Shown: piece after piece, positions 49,823 through 59,100 of the stretch
How positions within the stretch are numbered: position 1 is the stretch's first letter
Layout of the letters: every line of letters begins with the position of its first letter
Made by a program: the position numbers and the translations under genes
Notes under the pieces: model-generated
Told to the model about the DNA's origin: nothing
The model's database searches: none
What the model saw: the letters and a program-made list of their open reading frames with translations, nothing else
Virus record (IMG/VR): IMGVR_UViG_3300045741_000280
Coordinates: 1 to 61,679 of that record
Reading direction: 5' to 3' (one strand)
DNA length: 61,679 bases
Origin: a virus
Lineage: Duplodnaviria > Caudoviricetes

Positions 49823-52279
49823 ATGAGTATTTGTTGTAAACCTAACGCATCATCCTGTCCAAAAGTGGTGGATTGTATAAATCTACAGCTAACACGTTTG
49901 GCAAATGGACAGTCCACAGATTTAGTCAATTTCTGTGAGGCTACAGCTTTGTGTATAAATACCCAATTATATAATATTGCTAATTCTCTCCCAACAAGTC
50001 TCACAAATTTCACTCCAGCTATATCAACATATTTACGATCCTTCACTGGATATTCTTCGACAGGGGATATTTTTCTAAGTTTGTCTAATAATACATTTAA
50101 ATGGCAAACAGTTGGTAGCGGTGTGCTGGTAAATGCTAATGAAGGCCTTAGTCTTTCTGGAACAACAGCGCAATTAGGGCAACTATTTAATCAGGCAGGA
50201 AATCCCTCTGCGTTTTCTACATCAAGAGAAATATACACGGGATCAAATCTTGCCAACCTCTTCAAAATAAGAGGATCCTCCACTAATAAATATTTTCTTA
50301 TTAATCATGGCGACAACGATGGGGTGTTTAGGTTTGTTAATGATGCTCTTTTAGAAACTATATTATATTCTGAAGGATATGATTATGGGTGGGTGAGAAA
50401 CCACATTCGTAACAATTGGAGTAATGACGGAGTACATGGATATGGTAGTGCTGGCTCAGGACTGCTTATATCAAACAGTAGTGCTAATGGAGCAAGTGGG
50501 ATAGCACAACTTTTATTAGGGTTTCCCGGAAACTCATTTGCAAGCGATTTACTTCTGTTTAGAACCACTGGTGCTGGTGGAATGAGAATCACTGCTGATG
50601 CAGGACTCATCACATTCACCACTGGATTTGCTGGAGCAGGAGAGTTTGCACGTTTTACAGGAACATCCACAAGAAGATTCGGAATAGGAACAGGTGCCAC
50701 AGTGGACACCACTCTTCATGTGGCGGGGGATTTAAAATTTGTTACAGGGAATCAAGGAGCTGGAAAAATATTAACATCTGATGCAGCAGGTGTAGCAGAC
50801 TGGGCTACTTTGGCAGCAGTTGTGACAGCAGATAATGGCTTGACAAAAAATACATCAAGTAATGTAAGACTTGGTGGAACACTTGTACAAACCACTACAA
50901 TAGATGCAACATCCTTATATAAATTAAATATTACAGGAACTATAGCAGCAGAGATATTTAACGTAACTAATTCAGGAAGTGGAGGATCGGGAATTAAAGG
51001 GATAGCTACAAATGGTGGTGTGGGTGTATGGGCAGAGTCTACAGGAGGATCAGGAGTGTATGGGCAAACAAATGACACCTTTGGTGTTTATGGTGCAGCC
51101 ACCACTTCAGGATTTGGTGGATTTTTCTCTGCTCAAACCTCTTATGGCATACTCGCTCAATCCGTATCTGGCTATTCCGGAGGGTTTAAATTAGACTCTC
51201 CAAATACAAACACTGTAGAGCCTGTTGTTAATATAATTAGAATTGCAGATAGTTCAACCTCAAATGGAGTTGGTGCATCATTAGACTATTCTATAGCCAC
51301 CAATCTAGGAACTGAACAGGTGGCTAATAGACTAATATCTAAATGGACTAATGCCACTGATGCAACCCGTACTTCTGAATTTTCAATTACAGGTGTAAGC
51401 AGTGCTGCTTCCTCAACGTTATTTACTCTTTCGGGTAGTGGAGCACTAAAGCTAAATAAATATGGAGTAGGAACATTTACAGGCACTCCTGCTTACACTC
51501 TACAAGTGGATTCTTCTGGTAATATTATTGAAGGTACAGTGGGCTCATCTTTTACTCCTGTTGTAATAGGGTCTTCTGCTGCCAATGGCACACTAACATT
51601 AGAGGGCAATAATGCCGGAGCAGGTAATACGGCTACTAATGCTAATATAATATTCAAGTCTGGAGACACTCCGACACAGGCAATGGATATTTTAAATAAC
51701 GGATTGGTAAGGATAGGATCAGCTCCTGCAACAACCTCTGGATATGGATTGGTAGTTGACCAACCAAATGACGGAGCAAGTAATATAGGGATAAAGGTAT
51801 CAGCCAATAATCATACAGCCTTCATGGGTATTGGATATGATAAAATTTCAAGTGCCGGTGTATTAAAAATAGAAGGCAATGGAGGTTTACAATATTTAGG
51901 GGCTTCTAGTGCTGTTAAAATAAATATAACCTCATCAGGATTAGCATTTTTTGGAGGGTCATCAACCCCAGCCTCTACAGTGGAGGTGGGAGGCTCTTTT
52001 GCTACTAAATTAAGTACAAGTGCAGTTAATGTCACTCTTGATGCCACTCATTCTACAATGCTGTTGACAGCTTCTGGAAAAACTGCCACACTACCAACAG
52101 CAGTAGGAATTACAGGTAGAATATATACAATAAAACTCACAGTGTCGGGAACAGGGACAGTGGCTACAACATCCTCACAAACTATTGATGGTAGCACAAC
52201 GTATTCTCTTTCTTCCCAATATAAATATGTCTCTGTACAATCCGATGGTGCCAATTGGCACATCATTGCAAATAATTAA
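49823..52279 (+). CDS. Tail fibre 2
   Basis: 818 aa, G/S/T-rich, with fibre motifs (QGAGKILTSDAAGVADW, ADNGLT), an N-terminal CC...C cluster and a C-terminal domain ending SDGANWHII. Confidence 0.8.
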   Translation: MSICCKPNASSCPKVVDCINLQLTRLANGQSTDLVNFCEATALCINTQLYNIANSLPTSLTNFTPAISTYLRSFTGYSSTGDIFLSLSNNTFKWQTVGSGVLVNANEGLSLSGTTAQLGQLFNQAGNPSAFSTSREIYTGSNLANLFKIRGSSTNKYFLINHGDNDGVFRFVNDALLETILYSEGYDYGWVRNHIRNNWSNDGVHGYGSAGSGLLISNSSANGASGIAQLLLGFPGNSFASDLLLFRTTGAGGMRITADAGLITFTTGFAGAGEFARFTGTSTRRFGIGTGATVDTTLHVAGDLKFVTGNQGAGKILTSDAAGVADWATLAAVVTADNGLTKNTSSNVRLGGTLVQTTTIDATSLYKLNITGTIAAEIFNVTNSGSGGSGIKGIATNGGVGVWAESTGGSGVYGQTNDTFGVYGAATTSGFGGFFSAQTSYGILAQSVSGYSGGFKLDSPNTNTVEPVVNIIRIADSSTSNGVGASLDYSIATNLGTEQVANRLISKWTNATDATRTSEFSITGVSSAASSTLFTLSGSGALKLNKYGVGTFTGTPAYTLQVDSSGNIIEGTVGSSFTPVVIGSSAANGTLTLEGNNAGAGNTATNANIIFKSGDTPTQAMDILNNGLVRIGSAPATTSGYGLVVDQPNDGASNIGIKVSANNHTAFMGIGYDKISSAGVLKIEGNGGLQYLGASSAVKINITSSGLAFFGGSSTPASTVEVGGSFATKLSTSAVNVTLDATHSTMLLTASGKTATLPTAVGITGRIYTIKLTVSGTGTVATTSSQTIDGSTTYSLSSQYKYVSVQSDGANWHIIANN

Positions 52280-52292
52280 AATCCTATAAAAT

Positions 52293-54824
52293 ATGCCTAT
52301 CAAAATTGAGTCTATAAGTAGTAAAGAAGGAACATCAGCAACCTCCCACAAATTTGTAGCAGTGCCTCAGGGAGCTTTAATAGTAGTTACCACCACATCT
52401 GAGACAAGCAACAGGAACTCATCCATATCTAGTTCCCCCACCCTTGTCTGGGAAAAAACCGATGCCAGTAAGCAAAATAGTGGTGATGCTGAAACCTTTA
52501 CAGCAATACATACGAGTGGGGGAACCCTATCAATCACCAGTAATTGGGGATCTAACACCTATCAAACAAGTGTCGCTTATGTAATAACAGGAGCCCTGCC
52601 AACAGTGGCACCCAAAACTATTGTTAAGGGGCAGGGTGCTCCATCTGCTAGTATTACAGCATCAAATGCTGGAAGTATTCTAATTTGTGTTACATCCGAT
52701 TGGAATGCTGTAGACGGAAAATCAAGGATATATAGAGACGGAGCAGTGGAACAATTTTACGGCACATTGGCTAAGAGAGGGACAGCCTATCACTATATAA
52801 AACAAGTGTTTATTCCTGGAATATATACGGAAGGGCTCACGTCTCCAAATGTACAGAATTCAGGAACTATTGTTCTAAATATAAGTCCTTCAGATGGTGT
52901 AGCCCCCACCACCACAACATCCACAACCACATCATTGCCTACCACAACAACCACCACCACTTCTACAACTACGTTAACGCCCACAACCACCACCACCACA
53001 TCCACCACCACCGCTCAGTCGCCTACAACCACCACCACCACATCCACCACCACCGCTCAGTCGCCTACAACCACAACCACCACCACATCCACCACCACAA
53101 ATAGTGGAGGGTATAATTTACTAATTGAGGGATATGGTTCCCAGGCTATTGGGGGAGCAAACAGTGCTACAATATATCATGTAACCAATCTAAATGCTTC
53201 AGGGCCAGGATCTTTAGCAGCAGGAATTGGTAGTAATAAAACCATTATATTTGATGTTTCCGGAACAATAAATGCAAGACTGACAATCTCAGGTGTTTCA
53301 TATTTAACAATAGATGCCTATTCCAATGGAAAGGATATTACAATAGACAATGGAAATAATGGAGATGCATTAAACGTGGATAATAGTGATCATATTATCA
53401 TTAGGGGATTGAGGTTTATAAATGCCGGAAATGACGGACTAAATGTAACTAATTCTGCTCATGATGTTGCTTTTGACCATTGTTCAGCCTATGGAAATAG
53501 AGATGGAAATATAGATGTGACAGCAGTGACAGGTAAGAATTTCACCGTGCAATACTGTATTCTGGGGAACAATCAGGGTGCAGGCAATATGCTTATAACA
53601 ACTATAAATGCCTCAATCCATCACAACTTGTTTATTGGGGATGGTGCGGCACCAGATGGACAGGAACGTAACCCATATGCCCACAGTAATTATAGTCCAA
53701 AGGGGTCACAATCCAACCCAAATTTCGATTTCCGTAATAATCTTATTCATGCCTCAGGAAGATATGCCAGTGGGGATGGCTACGGGGCAGTTGGCAACTT
53801 TATCAACAATTATTATACGTCCAATAAAGCAGGACTGATAAACCTTTGTGCTGATCCTGCAAGTTGTAGCTCTGCATATGTTTCGGGGAATTTTAATCAA
53901 CCATCTGCAACGGGAGGCACTAGCCTTTCATCAGCATGCACTATTCCCGTACAATATCAAATAGCTACAACAGATGCTACGACAGCTGCTCAATTAGTGT
54001 TACAGAAGGTGGGACCATATGTAAGGAGTGCATATGAAACTTCTGTGATTAATTCAATTGTAATTTCAGGAAATCCCACCACCACTACAACAACATCCAC
54101 CACCCAGCCTGTAGGAACCACTACAACCACTACATCCACTACAACCAAACCTGCAACAACCACCACCACCACATCCACCACCACCCAGCCTACACCTGGA
54201 TATACACTAACCTATCAGAATAATTTTAACGTTCCCGCAGATGTGGATTCCAATCAGCTGGGAAGGGGTGGACTGAGCTCAAATCAATCCGTAAGTGGTG
54301 GGTTTAGTTTTAGATCGGAAGTTAGGGCAGGAGACGCACCTATATCAAGTGGCTGGAGAAGTGAACAACAATATGATGGAGCAAATCAAAATCCAACAGA
54401 AGGTGCAGTGGAGTATGATGTGTATTATGAAAATTGGGGCAATTTTGATGGTGGTGGCCATTCTGTCCAGTGGCACCCAAACACTAGCGGGGGCTCAGCT
54501 ATTATTTCCCTACAGAATTATTCCTCTACATGGGATGTCACTCGTGATCCAAATGGCACAGTTACCCACCAAAATAATGCACCTGCCCACCAATCAAATC
54601 GGTGGTATCATTTACGCTGGGAGTTTAAATGGAGTACAGGAAGTGACGGATATTGTAGGCTATTTGTAGACGGAGTGCAAACATTTAGTTTTAATGGGCC
54701 CACTGCCGATGGTTCAGGCCAATATTTTAAGCTTGGTCAGAATAGATGGCCTTCAGGAAGTGGAAATATGAAAACCACATCTGTATGTTACTATGATAAT
54801 TTAAAAATATATACACGTAATTAA
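52293..54824 (+). CDS. Bifunctional depolymerase 2: N-terminal beta domain + PL1-like pectate lyase + jelly-roll polysaccharide lyase
   Basis: Paralogue of 47855 (VTNLNASGPGSL, DGNIDV, SIHHNLF, ERNP; WRSE, QWHP, YFKLGQNR) with two long Thr linkers. Confidence 0.8.
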   Translation: MPIKIESISSKEGTSATSHKFVAVPQGALIVVTTTSETSNRNSSISSSPTLVWEKTDASKQNSGDAETFTAIHTSGGTLSITSNWGSNTYQTSVAYVITGALPTVAPKTIVKGQGAPSASITASNAGSILICVTSDWNAVDGKSRIYRDGAVEQFYGTLAKRGTAYHYIKQVFIPGIYTEGLTSPNVQNSGTIVLNISPSDGVAPTTTTSTTTSLPTTTTTTTSTTTLTPTTTTTTSTTTAQSPTTTTTTSTTTAQSPTTTTTTTSTTTNSGGYNLLIEGYGSQAIGGANSATIYHVTNLNASGPGSLAAGIGSNKTIIFDVSGTINARLTISGVSYLTIDAYSNGKDITIDNGNNGDALNVDNSDHIIIRGLRFINAGNDGLNVTNSAHDVAFDHCSAYGNRDGNIDVTAVTGKNFTVQYCILGNNQGAGNMLITTINASIHHNLFIGDGAAPDGQERNPYAHSNYSPKGSQSNPNFDFRNNLIHASGRYASGDGYGAVGNFINNYYTSNKAGLINLCADPASCSSAYVSGNFNQPSATGGTSLSSACTIPVQYQIATTDATTAAQLVLQKVGPYVRSAYETSVINSIVISGNPTTTTTTSTTQPVGTTTTTTSTTTKPATTTTTTSTTTQPTPGYTLTYQNNFNVPADVDSNQLGRGGLSSNQSVSGGFSFRSEVRAGDAPISSGWRSEQQYDGANQNPTEGAVEYDVYYENWGNFDGGGHSVQWHPNTSGGSAIISLQNYSSTWDVTRDPNGTVTHQNNAPAHQSNRWYHLRWEFKWSTGSDGYCRLFVDGVQTFSFNGPTADGSGQYFKLGQNRWPSGSGNMKTTSVCYYDNLKIYTRN
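52983..53066 (+). repeat. Perfect 42-bp tandem duplication in a Thr linker
   Basis: ACAACCACCACCACCACATCCACCACCACCGCTCAGTCGCCT occurs twice (52983-53024 and 53025-53066). Confidence 0.95.
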
Positions 54825-54833
54825 TTAATAAAT

Positions 54834-55142
54834 ATGCTTGTAATGGAGTCAATTGGAAATATCCCTGTACCAAATTTAACAGATAGGGAAATCCTATTAT
54901 TAACCTATCAGCAACTTCAAACAGTGAGCGATGAGTTCCGGAGTTACAAGGTGGCTAATGACAGAATGTTACATGAGCTGGATCATAGAATAGCCCAAAT
55001 AGAGGGGTTTATAGCTACATCAGATGCTCTGAAACAAGCTGCTGATAATAGAACAAAAAGACAGGTGACAATAATAGGATTCGTAATAACAGGAGTGAAT
55101 TTAGCTGTTAGTGTAATTGTACAATACCTTTTACGAAGATAA
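54834..55142 (+). CDS. Holin/antiholin-like protein (coiled coil + C-terminal TM helix)
   Basis: 102 aa with a heptad-like centre and a single C-terminal hydrophobic helix ending in RR. Confidence 0.5.
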   Translation: MLVMESIGNIPVPNLTDREILLLTYQQLQTVSDEFRSYKVANDRMLHELDHRIAQIEGFIATSDALKQAADNRTKRQVTIIGFVITGVNLAVSVIVQYLLRR

Positions 55143-55188
55143 CATTTATTTAACAAATTTTTTCATATTTTTGTAGAAATAATAATAT

Positions 55189-55827
55189 ATGAAAGAATTT
55201 CTGAATAAAAATCTAGTTTCCCTGATAGTGTTAGCCCTTGTGGTGATATTATATTTACAGAGATGTACAACAGGAGATCCCGTGGTGCCAAAAAACACTC
55301 ATGACACCGTAATTATAGTGTATCATCACTATCACGATTCCACAATTATATCAAAACCAACAATAGTTAACCATATATCTGCTACGGAGCATGATATTCC
55401 TCCTACAACCGCTCCAGACACCAATTACAGCCGCCTGGTGGCCCAGTATGATAGTTTAAGGCAGTTGTACTACTCAAAAAATATAGCTAAGGATAGCCTT
55501 AAAATGGATTCTACGGGCATTGTGTATACAACGGACACCACTCAGAGGAATGTGATAATTGGACGTAGATGGACCTATCATTTGGATATTCCTGAAAAAG
55601 TTACAACAATCACTAACACTATATATCCCCAGCCAAAATTCCAAATGTATGTAGGCCTTGGAGTGATGGGAGAACAGGAAAAGCTAGTGAATGGAGCTGA
55701 ACTTAGTGCTCTCCTAAAGAACCGAAAAGACCAGATATTTGGCCTATCTGTACAAAAACAAATTGGTCTCCCATTAGAATACACCATAAGTTCATATTGG
55801 AAGTTAAAATTTCATAAAGGCCCGTAA
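55189..55827 (+). CDS. Membrane-anchored spanin-like lysis protein
   Basis: N-terminal TM/signal segment ending LQRC, an extended middle, and C-terminal amphipathic beta strands ending YWKLKF. Adjacent to a holin-like gene. Confidence 0.5.
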   Translation: MKEFLNKNLVSLIVLALVVILYLQRCTTGDPVVPKNTHDTVIIVYHHYHDSTIISKPTIVNHISATEHDIPPTTAPDTNYSRLVAQYDSLRQLYYSKNIAKDSLKMDSTGIVYTTDTTQRNVIIGRRWTYHLDIPEKVTTITNTIYPQPKFQMYVGLGVMGEQEKLVNGAELSALLKNRKDQIFGLSVQKQIGLPLEYTISSYWKLKFHKGP

Positions 55828-55829
55828 TT

Positions 55830-56108
55830 ATGGCTACAAACAGAGGATATTCACTTAGTGATTTATATGATGTAAACACCAGATCGGGGTTTTTACAATG
55901 GTTACGGGACAATCTTCCTCTAATAAATGCACTCCCAGCAACACAGGCTGAGGTGAATGCTGGAATAATAAATAATAAATATGTGTCCCCCTTCACACTG
56001 GCACATTCCATATGTTGCGGCGGTGGTGGGGGACTTTTTGATATAGATGGAGGAAATGCATCCTCTATTTACCCACCCCCCAATGCAATGGATGGTGGAG
56101 GAGCCTAA
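55830..56108 (+). CDS. Small structural protein with DGG motifs
   Basis: 92 aa with the fibre-type motif ATQAEVNAG...YVSP and a C-terminal IDGGNA...MDGGGA. Confidence 0.55.
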   Translation: MATNRGYSLSDLYDVNTRSGFLQWLRDNLPLINALPATQAEVNAGIINNKYVSPFTLAHSICCGGGGGLFDIDGGNASSIYPPPNAMDGGGA

Positions 56109-56129
56109 CTAATTTAAAATCAATATTAT

Positions 56130-59100
56130 ATCGCAGTTATAATTCAGATAAGACGTGACCTTGCGGCAAATTGGGTCGCAGCCAATCCCATTCTCGCATC
56201 TGGAGAAATAGGGCTAGAAACTGATGTCTATCCCCATCCCTTTAAAATAGGAAATGGGGTGACACCATGGAACGGACTAGGCTATGAGTTTAATGGTGTA
56301 GGAGGTGGTGGCACGGTGTCAGCAGGAACACAGACATTAAGCCTGGGTAGTCTTATTTTTTCCAATGCCCATGGAGTGAGTTTTGGGCTTAGCTCAAACA
56401 CCATAACTGCTTCTGTTAAAACAGATTATCAATCATCTAATGCCAACTATCTAACATCCCAATCCAACCAAGCTGTTTCTGGATCTAATGGCTCATTTAC
56501 ATTCCAAACTATTAGCTTTGGTAATTCAAATGGGCTTTCTTTTTATACGTCCAATGGCTCGGTGGTGGGATCATACACTACCCCTGCTGGTACGAATTCT
56601 TCCTTTACGGTTTCTGCTGGAACAAGGAGTGAGACAATTAGCCAATTAGTGTTTTCTAATTCTAACGGCATATCTTTTGGACTTACAGGTGGCACTGTAA
56701 CAGCTACAGTGAAGACAGATTATCAATCTTCCGGAGCTTATTTGACGACAGCAATGCTTTCTAATGCTGTTACAATAAGTAATATTAATGTTTCTGGTGG
56801 CACTACGTCAAGCAATCTATCTAATTTCAAACTAATTGACTCCAATGGAGTGTCATGGAGCCTTGATACAGGGTCCAAGATTTATGCCTCTGTCAAAACC
56901 GACTATCAATCCTCTGGAGCCTATCTCACCACGCAGAGTGGGCAAGCATTTAGCGCAGATGCATCCAGTACATTCCAAACCCTTGTATTACAGGATTCTA
57001 ATGGAATTTCCTTTAGTAATAATGCTGGATCACTGAGACTCACTCACGGGCTACAATACACATCTGCCACATCAAACATCACCTCCAACGCCTTAAACAC
57101 TTCCGCTTCAAGGGTGATAAACATTGTAGCGGCTACAAATAACACTGGAGGCGGCACTGCATCCCTTTCTAGCAATGTATCCTTTTCGAATGTTAATGGT
57201 GCTACATTCTACACATCAGCCGGAAATGCTGTAGCCCTATCCTACACTGTACCAACACAAAGTAATCAGAATATTTCTTTATTTGCTCTGGGGAATACAA
57301 CACAAAATAGCTCCACTGTTCTCAATGCCTCCAATCTTTCATTTAATGGGCTAGGAATAGTTACGATGGGGTATTCCAATGGGAGTGTACAGGTGTCAGC
57401 ATCTCAGTCAACAGTGGCACAGAACATCTCACTATTTGCACTAAATCAAACCACACAGAATTCTTCTACAGCGCTGAGTGCCAATGCTCTATCAATAGCT
57501 GGTAGAGGAATTGTCACTGTAGGATATTCCAATGGATCTATACAGATAAGTGCAACGGAGGTGGCACAAACTAACCAAACTGTTGGTGTTTATGCATCCT
57601 CCCAAACTACAGGAAGCGCCTCTTCTGCCACCTATGACGCCAGGAGCTTGTCCATTATAGGAGCAGGAATAATTTCTATAGGTAATCACTCCACTTCTGC
57701 CGGAGGCACCACCACTGGGATTATTATTTCTGCGTCACAATCAGCGGACACTGCAAAAGCAGGCACTGGATTTACTAGTGCAGGAAACAATATTGGACTA
57801 ACAGGAACACTCAACACAAATGGCCTATCTCTTTCAGCCACTGTAGCTGCCCAAACCAATCAGACAGTGGGAATTTATGCATCCTCTCAAACAACGGGAA
57901 GTGCTTCTTCGGGCACATATGATGCTAGGAGTTTATCATTTATTGGTGCCGGAGCAATTTCTATAGGAAATCATTCAACCTCCGCTGGAGGCACCACTAC
58001 AGGAATAATTATTTCTGCACCTGTCCAATCTGTACAAACTCAAAATGTACACAATCTAACACTATCAGGAAACTCCACTTCTGCCGGAGCCGGATATATA
58101 CAGGTGTCATCTGGAACACTTACGTTGGCAGGTGGTAATAATATCACTCTTTCCCAAAATGGGAACGCCATCACTATTTCTGGTCCAAATGTAGGAGGAG
58201 CTCAAACTGGTATATCTGGTATTGCAGCTTCTAACACTACATATACATCAGGGAGTGTAACATTCAGAGATGGTAATGGAATAAGCTGGGCATCTACAAC
58301 AGGACAGCAAATATCCATCACTCACGATTTACAATTTACAAGTAACACTAGTGCAATCACTTCAAATGCTTTGAATACATCTGCAAGCAGCAGATTTATA
58401 CAAAATTGGAAATTAACGGGAAACACGGCAGGAACCACGTCTTCTGCACAGGGCTCTGATTTATGGCTGGCTGGTGGAAACGGAGTGACAATTTCAGGAA
58501 GTAGTAACACCCTTTCTTTTTCAGTGGCCACTAATTATCAGAGTCAGGGGGCCTATCTCACCACTGCTATGCAATCAAATGCAGCCACTATTTCAAATAT
58601 CAATGTTTCAGGCGGTACTACATCTAGTAATCTTTCAAATTTCAAATTAATTGATTCCAATGGTGTTAGCTGGTCTCTTGACACTGGTAGCAAAATATAT
58701 GCAACAGTGAAGACAGACTATTTAACAACAGCGATGGCTTCTAATGCCTCTACACAGTTTGTTCAGGCTAATGCTGGATTTAATGGTACTAACGCTTCGG
58801 GCACAATAGCTAGTAATTCCATATCTGTTTCTGTAGCAGCGCAAACTAATCAAACGATAGGAATATATGGTAGTAGCCAGACAACAGGCTCAGCATCTAG
58901 TGGAACATATGATGCCCGTTCTCTTTCCTTTATTGGAGCTGGTATTATCAGTATTGGTAATCACTCTACGTCTGCTGGTGGTACTACTAACGGTGTTATT
59001 ATATCTGCTATACAATCTGTGGATACTAATAAGGCTGGCACTGGATTTACAACAGCAGGAAATAACATAGGTTTATCAGGTACTTTAAATACTAACGGAT

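Noticed and set aside
52900-54190. CRISPR-like or other non-coding repeat array
   Set aside because: The ACC/ACA repeats are in-frame poly-Thr codons with no repeat-spacer structure.
55145-55173. Fifth Bacteroidetes promoter before the spanin-like gene (TATTTTTG)
   Set aside because: The -7 match lies in very AT-rich sequence with no properly spaced -33 TTTG; it may be real but is unsupported.
55830-56260. Stop read-through fusing the 92-aa ORF to fibre 3 (same frame)
   Set aside because: Two in-frame TAA codons (56106 and 56115) separate them; independent initiation is simpler.
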